Source: Octopus vulgaris | Lineage: Eukaryota | Length of the DNA: 64,000 nucleotides | Reading direction: 5' to 3' | NCBI GenBank assembly: GCA_951406725.2 | Contig: OX597827.1 | Location: forward strand, 54,002,001-54,066,000 | In this document: in pieces, positions 53,451-64,000 of the stretch | Numbering within the stretch: the first letter of the stretch is position 1 | How the letters are laid out: each line of letters opens with the position of its first letter | Notes under the pieces: generated by a model | Told to the model about the DNA's origin: nothing | The model's input: only the letters and a program-made list of their open reading frames with translations | Databases searched by the model: none | Translations under genes and position numbers: made by a program

Positions 53451-55541
53451 TACACTATAATAAACATTATACATTTTTCACTTAAAATACTTGGGAAATT
53501 CCCAGTTTGTCTGCTTGCCTGTCTCTCTGTTTCTCTTTCTTACACACACACACACACACATTAATCAGTATACACTGAGGATGAAAAATTGAGAGTTGTA
53601 CGAGAGCCTCCCAATAGTTAGCTCGAAAATAACACAGAGGAAACTGAGGTTAGCTGGACATGCTCACTGTCATTCAGTTGATACTGTTCTCAGTGCTACT
53701 GTGGGAGTCCCTACATGGACACACACACACACACATTAATCAGTATACACTGGGCGACGGACACTGATGAGGGACAGAGAGAACTCGTTCATGGATCTCA
53801 AGAACTTTACTTGCCCTAAATACACACACACACATCATCATCATCATCATCATCATTTAGTGTCCGCTTTCCATGCTAGCATGGGTTGGACAGTTCAACT
53901 GGGGTCTGGGAAGCCAGAAAGCTGCACCGGGCCCAGTCTGATCTGGCAATGTTTCTACAGATGGATGCCCTTCCTAACACCAACCACTCTATGAGTGTAG
54001 TGGGTGCTTTTTACATGCCACCAGCACAGGTGCCATACGGGGCTGGCAAACGGCCATGGTCGGATGGTGCTTTTTACGTGCCACCGGCATTGAGGCCCAT
54101 TGGGGCGGCACTGGCAACAGCCATGTTCGGATGGTTTGCTTACGTGCCCTAAATGCACACACACACATGTATATACAAATGTTCTAGTTTTAGTATGTAG
54201 TGTAGATTTCAGTCATATATTTATTTATACTCAGATTTTGGTTACTGATCAAATTTCATCCTCATGTCCATTATGTTTGTGTGCTCTGAGATAACTCTCA
54301 GAACAGTTAGCTTTCAAGGTTTCAAATGTATGTGGTAGATAAGGTTCAAAACTTCTCCAGGGTTTTATATAGCTTACTTACGGTTTAGTAATCATACATT
54401 TTCATGTGCTTTTTCAAATCATATTTACTTTGATTTATTCACACAATATACAAATATTGTAACCATTAAAAGGGGACAAATTATTGTTGGATGCATCTTG
54501 ATTTCACAAATTACTGTGATCTATTCTAGCTTAAGTAACCAGCTTTTGATGGATGTCGTTCACAAAGACTACATTTCTAACTCTTAATTTCATCTGGTGC
54601 ATCCATGATACCTCCGTTTCTCCAATTATATCATAACTGTGTATGCTGCCTTTTAGCTAGTTCAAAGCTAGTGATACTTTCCGTCAATATTTCTTGTGTT
54701 GATATACATGTATGTATTCAATAGTAAAGGCATCATTTATATTTATCCCAGGACAATCTTTTCTGTGGATAGCATTGTATATTGGTTTAACAACAATATC
54801 ATGTTGCAGTGAGAGGTAGTACCACATTGATTATTTTGGAGCAACTGCTAATTACATCATATTATGTCATCTGCAGAAGAATGGGAATCAACATTTGTGG
54901 TTGCCTCTTAGGAGTTTAAGGGCCTCACTATCTAATTTGTTCATGAGATATTTTGTTGTTATCTCCTACTCTTGGATTGCAAAAATGTATGATATGTAAC
55001 ATGATGTAACAATCATGAGTCTAAGAGAGGTTTCACTTCATGTTAATATGACCATTCTCTTCAAGTTTACTGGAAACATACCAAAGTGTTTCTCTTCCAG
55101 GTCTCTGCTGAAATATTCTAGTCCTGCACTTCTGGTTCCTATAGAAGATTGTCAGGAAGTGAGTTTTACTACTGACCTACTGGACGTTATTCACGTAACT
55201 TTTCAGCACTTGGCTCATGTATTTATTTTTGCTGCCATTATGTAACAGCTGCTGTTTGATATTATACAACACTAGAAGGCTGTCTATACTACTCTTAAAC
55301 CTCTTTCTTCCGATATAGTCTGACAGTATCATTGTTTGTGTGGAATTTTGTAATTGATGTCAAGAGCTTATAGGTTTCAATGTCTATGTAGCGGATTTCC
55401 TCTATAGACCAGTCTAGTATCCCAATTGTTGGTTTCAGTATGATTACTGGATATTCATTGCCGTGACTTTTTTAGTCTGGTATAATATTTGTTTATTCAT
55501 TTTTTTCATGATACTGTTGCATGATATTTAAGATGTGTATG

Positions 55542-56183
55542 TATGCAAACATAACATACTATAAGGTATACTAAATGTTTTCATAAATCAGTACCACATT
55601 CTATTGCGTCAGCAGTGGTCTTACATTATTTTGTTAAGGTTATTTCTATAGATATTCTATAGAACTTATAGCTAGCACTGATTTTTGCTACAATGGTTCG
55701 TATTGAGATGTCAGATGTAAACGGACAATGTGATCAAAGACAAAAGTGGGTAATGAGTGTATATGCCATATTTTGGGGGTTGTTGCCCCTTCTTCAGCAC
55801 TCTTCTAACCCACTATTGCCTCCAAACACATTGCTTATATAACCACCACATACAGCGGTGTTAACTTATTGGATATACTAATTCACATTTTAGACACATT
55901 CATGGGGCTGGTATATAAACATTAAAGATTTGTAGATACGTTTACATCTGATGTCTCGATACAAAACATAGCAAAATGAGTGCTGGCTATAAGTTCTATA
56001 GAATATCTGTAGAAATATCCTTAACAAAATAATGTAAGACCACTGCTGATGCAATAGAATGTGGTACTGACTTATGAAAACATTTAGTATACCTTATAGT
56101 ATATTGTGTTTACATAACAAAGTATCACATACCTACAAATTGTTAATGTTTACACACCAACCCCAGGAATGCATCTAAGATGT
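55542..56183. repeat. Non-coding inverted-repeat element (arms 55542-55723 / 55939-56116; second pair ~55890-55938 / 56130-56178)
   Basis: The ~180-bp arms are reverse complements at roughly 90% identity by eye. The second 49-bp pair has about 9 mismatches. Confidence 0.9.
55746..55813 (-). ncRNA. Degenerate type I hammerhead ribozyme (GAAA box mutated)
   Basis: Minus strand: gtgggt-tagaa-GAGTG-CTGAAGA-a-GGGG-caacaa-CCCC-c-AAAA-tatg-g-cata-TA-CACTC-att-acccac. All three stems are present, plus an extended stem I. AAAA in place of GAAA fits CpG decay. Confidence 0.7.
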
Positions 56184-58539
56184 CCCGTATTTAACATGTA
56201 TAATGAACCCCCTAATTTTTGGGGCTTAAAATTTGGAAAAAAAGGTTTTGTAAGGTATTATAATGCTATCCATGTATAAGAAACTCCCATGTTTTTTAAC
56301 TTAATTCTACATTCTAATTACAAATGTAAGGATTATGGACCAGGTCTTCATGAGCATTTCAATAGCAGCAATAAGGTAGCAGGTACTTTTGATAGCTATA
56401 TTGACTTCTGTAGCCATGAGCAAGGGATGAAATCAAATGCCTTTCTGTGATCAAGCCATACTGTCACAAGGCTTCCTTATTTCAAATAGTTTACCTTTAT
56501 TTACCAAAAGTTATTCAATACATTCCCATACTTCTTTCTTTTTACCTGTCTGCTTGTCTATATCTTTAGACTCTCAATAGTCTTAGAGGAATTGGTTCAG
56601 GCAGCCTATGTACAGTTTTTACATAATGTTAAGACAGGCTATGGGCCTGTAGTTCTGTACAAAAATAGTGTTTTCATTATTGGACACAAGATTTGCTCAT
56701 TCTATTGTAAGCCAGTTTGGTATATCAATCTGGCCTTCTGCAGTTTTGAAATATTTATATACATGATTGTCGATAAAAAGTCAAAGCCTTGTACCAGCAG
56801 TCAACTACAAGCTCTCTTCCTAGTATTTCCGTATTATGTAGATTTCCCACAGCATTGGTGAAAGTTTCAATTTTGATTACATATGTTTCACTGTTCATGT
56901 TAGTACATTATTCTCAAGTTAGTGTGTTTGGTCATGTGGAATTCTGATTAAAGTCTTTCTTTTCATTCCCGAATTATTTTAGATTTTCCTGGGATGGGGA
57001 CATTTTTATGACAATGGTTTATCTTCATCATTTCTCTGAATATAGCTTATTGGATATAATCAAACTTGTGGTTTTTTCCTGGCATGTAATACTTTTTTCT
57101 CTAGGGGAGGTTTTTACTCTAGGTCTTCAGTTCATGTTTTAAGGTTATTAATTTTCCCTCAAGATTTAGAATAAAATCTGTCCATTTCTATTAATTTTCT
57201 CCATAGGTATTGCTGACATGTTGTATACTTATCATTTGCCTTGCACTTTATAATGGTATTGTCATATTCTACTGCATTGTTTTATTGTCATGTGCTCTAC
57301 AAATATCCCTCAGGTGTTCTTTCAGAATAGCAGTAATAAAAATCCAAGAAGGAATTGGTATTCCAATATGTGTTTTCTCATTTTTTTATCCAGTCTCAGC
57401 AATATCATCAATAAGTTTTGCTATGAGAAGAATTGGTCTTTTCTCCACTCTCATCAAAAAGATCTGTTACTTAATGGTAGGTTAGAATAGGTGGAAAAAT
57501 TGTTTTCAAACTGTGGTTCTAAAATGCTTTTTAGCTGTGTATATTTTACAATTGTATCTGTTGTGTCAGTGTGTAGAGATGCTGATCTGACAGAGTTGTA
57601 TGATAGTGGCACTGGTGGTGTCAATTTGTTTATATTCTTGTTGCCTCTATGGCAGTTTTTGACTGCTTTTGAGTAGACTTGGGAAGATGACTGGCATCAC
57701 AGGAATCAGAATATCGATTGCTATCTTTGGTAGCCATTTTGCCAACATAGAAATATATCTATTGTCACAAAAGTTTAGCAATGAAATGGTTTAAGCATGG
57801 CTGAGTCATCTCACTATGTTCATGTGTGTGTGTGTGTGTATACTTACATATGCCGTATGGGCGTACAATGGGTAACTGACTGGCATACAGCTTCATGAAG
57901 TGAATATTCAAAGCAGTCTGTGCCCTGGCAAGACTTATTTACTCAACCTGATTTATAAATAGGGGCCACTCCCATTTCATAGTTGAATAATCAACATCAT
58001 TTAGAAGTGTACCCAGCTGTAAAGCATTTCCTTTAACACTTCATATGCAAATACCCATAACAACCTGTATCCCTTTTTATTCCCTACAAGCAAGCTTGTA
58101 TAGTAGAAAAGGATTATAAAACAACAATATTTTTGTAGTGTGTAACAGTGGAAAGAAATATTAATTTTTTTTTTACATGAAATTTACTGGAGGAGGACAT
58201 GAGATTATATTCATATATTTCTCTTGGATACTTGAGACAAAGTAATGATAACTAGTAATGTCAAGGAATTGAAACTGGTTCATGGACTTGGCTTGTTGTG
58301 ATATTTCTACTTTACCAATAGCTGAGTGTTATTAGGTACTTTTATAGTGTGTCATACAATAGCAGCAAGTATTGCATTTAATAAGTCTTTTAGTTTCCCT
58401 TTCCCTTCTTTTTGGTTATAGAAAGTTCTATGTAATGTCTGAAGATGTATCTCAGATGAAATTACATAAAGAAAAACAAGAAGAAAAAAGTTAAAAAAAC
58501 AATGTGTATATATATATATTTGTGTGTGTGTGTGTGTGT

Positions 58540-58580
<41 letters not shown>

Positions 58581-59659
58581 AAGATTATGTTCTTTCATAT
58601 ATATATATATATATATATATAACTCATTTACAACATAGACATGAAATGCTGCCACGAATATAAAAAGAAACAAATAAATCTCTTTCAAAATCTTTCTATA
58701 CATGCAATTAAAAAAAAAAAAACTGATGCAGGATATTAAAAATATAAATAAAGAACAATAATATAGTAAATATAGATAAACTATAAACCAGTTTTCATAT
58801 CTTTTCAACTTTTTATTAAACCTCAGTTTCAGATATAGAGCATGCATATCTTAAAAGATTTTCAACACAAAACTACTTATTAGAAGAAAAAAAATTGGCT
58901 ATTTTATAAGGTCTAGGTATCATGATACATCTGAAGTAAAGGTTTCCTCTGTAGGACACCACTGAGTAACTACATGTAGTTTTCTTTTCTCCTTCTTTTA
59001 TACACTCTAATCTAGTATGCAATCTAAGGTAATATACAAATGGGATTTGAAAAAAAATATGAATTATGGAATTATTGAACTGGAAGTATGCCTCTTTTTA
59101 TTCTGTGATATTCACTCCAGTAATAAATATTAATTGATGTGAATAAAATTTTCTGTTTTATGAATAAGGTAAATTAGAGATATTTCAGTTCCATTAATTA
59201 CTGAATGATGTCTAATCGCCATACAATGCTTTATTCTAAGGAAAGGAAGAACTATTCAGAATATGTTATCTATGAATCAAAGCTGACTCCACTCTTGATC
59301 TTTTATCACAAACAATTAACTTTTGTTCTTGAAAATCACTTCCATTGAGGATTATGTTTTGCTGTCAGTTTGTAAATCATCATCATCTTTGTTTCCACCA
59401 TCATGAGCATAATCACTAATGCTATCGTCATTTTCATTACCATGAGCTAGATCATCATCATCAATTACTTTAATTTCCTGTGTTCTTTTAGCAGCCAATT
59501 TTGTTGAATTTTAATCAACACTATTTAATTTCTTACACATGCACAGTTATCTCAGAGATATAGGGAATGAGTAATGACATTGTATGTGTGTGATGTTCAT
59601 GCCTTTCTCATAAGTGTTTGCAAAAATGAGTAAAACTAAATGGTTGTGGATGGGAATTT

Positions 59660-59845
59660 AATCTTTTAGCATTCAGATTACTCTGTCAAATGTAATGTTT
59701 ATTCACATGTTTTGAATTAATCTTGTTGATTTGAAATTTTAAAGTAACTATTAATGATATTGTAGGGTTAGTGTGAGGGGCCAGATCTGGTCAATTTGAA
59801 CATAAAACAGGTAGAATATTTGGGCATGATAGGCCTGTTTAAATG
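59660..59845. mobile_element. Degenerate piggyBac-like MITE
   Basis: ttaa|tcttttagcatt ... aaatgctctatagg, decayed TIR-like ends. Confidence 0.45.
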
Positions 59846-60409
59846 CTCTATAGGCATTGAACTTAAAGATTGACTTGAGTTTGCGGGGGGTTGACCTCAT
59901 TAAACTTAAGGGTAAATTCTATTAGGTGCTTCTTTTGTATATTATGTAACTCTCCCTGAGCTTTAAGTCTACATGTTGCTACTTACATTTCTGCTATGCT
60001 CTCTGGGTTTAAGCATTGTATAATAATTGAATGTGTCTGTCTTTAAATGTATTAGTGAATGTAGAAATAAATTGGTATAGCATTTATTAGAACTTTCAAT
60101 TTTTAAAAATGTTCTTAAGTTTAATGAAATTACTATTTAAAATGTTTATTTTATTGCTTTTCTATATTTTTCTATCTGGAGAATATGTTTTGTGAAGGCG
60201 AATTGTGAAAGTGGTATTCATGTGTGCTTAGCTTTTTACTTCCTATTCAACATGTTTGCAGATAGACAGACAGACACATTTGTGTGTGTGTGTATGCACA
60301 CACACACACACAGATATACACAGGCAAACACATGCACAGACACATATACAGGTTGGATAAATTGCTGCCATTTTATATTTTTAATTTTGTGTATGTGCAA
60401 TGTTTGTTT

Positions 60410-61301
60410 TTGATATTGTTGACTACACAGTATTGTAGAGCCAGTTGGCCACCATCTGTTAGGAAAACAGCACCATGATGCAATTCATTCTGCCAGAAAT
60501 GCTGTACTGCTTGGCATTCGCACCAGAAGCTCCAATACGAACATTTCAGAGTGTTTGGGTGCAGAGGATTCGGAAAGAGTTGGATGAGTCTAATGGTGAT
60601 TGCAAATCTACAGCAGCTCGGAAAACTCACTCTGATCATTCTTTTCTACTCTAGGCACAAGGCCCGAAATTTTGGGCGAGGGAGCCAGTCAAGTAGATCA
60701 ACCCTAGTACGCAACTTGTACTTAATTTATTTAGTGATCACTAGTGATGGTGATGTTATACCTCTGTTCATCTTCCCACAGTCTTCAACACGGAGGCCTA
60801 CATCAAGTGCCTGAGGGAGGTAGTGCTGCTCTGGGCCAAAAGGATAGCTGCTGGAAGATCCTATGTCGGGCAACAGGACTCTGCACCATGCTATACAAAC
60901 AGTAGAACCCAGTCATGGCTGTCAGAGAATTTCTGCAACCACATCACCCCTAACATCTGGCCACCTAACTCCCCAGACTGCAAGCCCCTTGATTGTTATG
61001 TGTGGGATGCAGTTGAGCGAGGGACCAACAAAACTCCTTGTAACACCAAAGATGAACTGAAGACAAGGATTATAGGAACATTCACCAACTGAAACAAGGA
61101 GACTGTTCAGAAGAGTTGCAGGAAATTCCAAAGTCGTCTGGAGGCCATGGTTGAAACCAGTGGTGATTTTATTGAATAAATTTACTCTTTAGTATTTCAA
61201 GATATTTTGATGTAATTTTGGCAAATATATCTGTTAAAATGAGATATCAGTGTTATTTTCATTTTCCCGTAATTTAGACAATTTATTGACTGCATCCTTT
61301 A
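60410..61301 (+). mobile_element. maT (DD37D) transposon relic with internal deletion and SINE-A fragment (~60650-60730)
   Basis: VQRIRKELDESNGD (N-terminus); QQD-SAPCYTNSRTQSWLSENFCNHITPNIWPPNSPDCKPL-D (37-residue spacing); SRLEAMVETSGDFIE*. Confidence 0.9.
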
Positions 61302-62923
61302 TACACATGCACACATGGATTCACTCATATCAAATCTTTATAAGCCATGCTTAAGTTGATGTTATTCTGTGAAAATGATTGTGGATGTAGTGTGATCATG
61401 ATGATATATATTTCTAATTAAGAAGGTTTATTACATCTTTTATGTCTTATAACCAATCTTAAATTTTTTGCAAAATTTCTTTCATATCAAACCATAAAAT
61501 TAGTTTTCTTCCTTGGAGCCACAACAATAATTGTATGATTCTGATTACACCAAGGAAATTAGAATACTGCTTTTGTCCTGATCTTATAATTTAGGTTTGT
61601 GTGTGTGTGTGTGGAGGTAGAGTTGTCAATATAGTATTATTTTGTTTGCTAACACCCCCTCTAAGGTGATAAAAAAATGGTGATTTATATCAGTATTATT
61701 CATCAAGTAAATTTATCCCTATAGTTATAAAATTTGATTTCTCTGATTTTTCTTTTGCTTTGAATATGTACTATTTTATTTGCAATGTTTTCCAGCAATG
61801 AAGTTAGATAGGATAAATTGAATACAATCATTTTTATTTTTTATAATAATTATCTTATATAATTTCAGTTTAATATAAAATAAATATTTTGCTTCTTAAA
61901 AATTTTGTCTTCTTTAGATTTGATTTATGTGTTACATACAGAAAAGTAGATACTGCATCGTTGTTAGGCTTTGAATTCTTAGTTTTTTTATATAGTTGTG
62001 GATGAGATTACGAGGTGTCCATATCTGTGTGGTATTAGTAAAGCAGAATGAGATTAAAAAATGTAAGTCACAGATTCAGGTAACTGCAAACTTGCTGCTA
62101 TGTTGCTTATAAAAATAATTTCTTTTGACTAAGTACAAAATTCAGTTTATTCTTAATACATTCAGGCAAGTTCAGATGAAAAATATGCTGGTCATTGTAG
62201 TGTATGTCATAGGGAAAAAAACTTTCACAATGACGTGTTCAACACACTCTGCTCATTGATGCATGGGATTCTTGGATGCTGATGTTTTGAGGTACCTGAT
62301 TTTTTTTACAAGAGTCTATATTTGGTAGTAAGGAAGAAACAGAAGAAGTTTTGATGGTTTTGTTATTCTCAATTCTATGAGTGATTTAAAAGGTAGGAAT
62401 CAAAATTGAGTTGTGGATTTAGCATCTTCCTTTTGATAAACATTTCATTTTAGGTGTCGATGTGGAAGTGTCTACACCAGGTATGGACAACCTTTTTCAA
62501 GAAGAAGGCTACATTATGAAAAATATTCAAGGCAGTTTTTCATGTACTATGTCATTCAGAAAGTTTCATTGGCCACAATCTGCCTGTGACTGCTCTATGT
62601 AATTGCTTGACTTGCTAGAAAAAGCAGCCAAATCTCCATCTAATCTTGTCCTGCCATTGTAAAACAAAAACAAAGCAAACAAAAAAAAAAAAATTAAAAA
62701 CAAATAAAATAAACAGGACACTTGGACAATTGATACCTCTGAAAATAAGACCTATGGTTAAAGCCTTTGACCATAGGCCTGCTTGATCAGGGATGATGTG
62801 GGAGTAAAAACTATCTCCTTTAAACTATTTTTGGTGTGTATTTTCAAATGTTTTTCAGGTGATGTTTTCTAGGTAAATTGTAATGGCATCTCTCACATTA
62901 GATTTGTCATTTTAGTAAAAGTA

Positions 62924-62958
<35 letters not shown>

Positions 62959-63306
62959 TTCATATATCAGTAGGAACAGTTTCTTTGAGGTTTGTATTTA
63001 TCATTTCCGCTATCAGTATGTCAGTCTGCCTACCTGGTACCTCCTAGCTATCTGTCTGTTAATCTGTTTCTCTATCTTTGTATTTGTCCATTGATTCATG
63101 TCTAACTGGCTCTTCTCTGTCTCTATGTTTGTCTATTGATTCATATCTTACTGGCTTTCCATTCTTGTCTGTCTGGTTATCTGTCCTTTCAGTCAACCCA
63201 CACATCACCATTCAATCAATATAATTTTAAGAAAATTTCTTAAAATTTTCAGATGTGTACACATTTACCCATACTTTATTATCTGTCATTGTTATATGTG
63301 TATATA

Positions 63307-63466
63307 GGCACAGGTATGGCTCTGTGGTAAGAAGCTTGCTTCCCAACTACATGGTTTCAGGTTCAATCCCACTGCGTGGCACCTTGGGTAAGCGTCTTCC
63401 AATAGCCTCAGGCTGACTAAAGCTTTGTGAGTAGATTTGTTAGACAGAAACTAAAAGAAGTTTGTC

Positions 63467-63500
<34 letters not shown>

Positions 63501-63710
63501 CTTTGTGTGTTCCACCCCCACCCCCCCACTATGCTTCAAAACTGGTGTTGGTGTGTTTATGTACCCATAACTTAGCAGTTCAGCAAAAGACACTGATCTT
63601 AGCAAAAATAAATTCTTTGGGTCAATTCAGTCTACTGAAAGATTCTTCAAGGCAGTGCCTCAGCATGGCCACAGGCTAATGACTGAAACAAGTAAAATAT
63701 AATAGATAAA
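63307..63710 (+). mobile_element. Full-length tRNA-derived SINE, family B
   Basis: ggcacaggtatggctctgtggtaag...ggttcaatcccactgcgtggcaccttggg...gactgaaacaagtaaaa. Confidence 0.9.
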
Positions 63711-64000
63711 AGATAGTTTTTTGTGAATATATTATTTCAGTGTGATGTTTCATGCATACTGTGTATTGAGCAATGTTACATTTTGTTTGTGAAGTAGTTC
63801 AGTTAATCACCCCCCCCCCATGTTTTTTTTTTGTTTTTGTTCTTTGTTATTCCCAATGCTGATCAGGGGTGTTTGAATTTTTGGCTTATAACTATTTCAG
63901 CAGTGGACTGGCAGAATTGTAAGATCATTGGACAAAATGCCCGCAGTATTTAGTTATTTATGTTTGGAATGGTCAAATTTGTCTTTCATCCATCCAGGAT

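Larger units (their letters stand above)
54450..57750 (-). mobile_element. R4/Dong-like non-LTR retrotransposon relic, interrupted at ~55540-56300
   Basis: RT motifs NYRPIACLNIM*KLY (~56650) and WLDHRKAFDFIPCSWL (~56450), PTIGILDWSIEEIRYID (~55420), and a decayed CCHC region ISSCSK (~54845). Confidence 0.8.

Overview
AT-rich, repeat-dense eukaryotic DNA with no prokaryotic features. The tRNA-derived SINE families, (TA)n/(TATG)n/(AAT)n microsatellites and TE mix look like an octopod cephalopod genome; this is recognition from memory, not a search. Only one credible host coding exon is visible: a + strand signal-peptide exon at 20781-20862 with a phase-1 GTAAGT donor, apparently followed by an intron of over 43 kb. 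It lies in a CpG-retaining domain (about 12.0-23.1 kb) flanked by CpG-depleted DNA. The rest is TE debris: Tc1, mariner, DD37D and DD41D transposase relics, CR1-group, RTE, Tx1/L1 and R4/Dong-like LINE relics, two non-autonomous Helitrons, several MITEs and many SINEs. The most notable signal is a hammerhead-ribozyme/Penelope theme: (i) a Penelope-like GIY-YIG element ending in a minimal type I hammerhead with an intact core (46089-46132, sense to the host gene), (ii) a non-coding inverted-repeat element with a degenerate hammerhead and a permuted ~400-nt monomer, resembling a retrozyme (55542-56183), and (iii) a 136-bp fold-back insertion with a 12-bp TSD (41911-42046). TE boundaries without TIR/TSD support are approximate.
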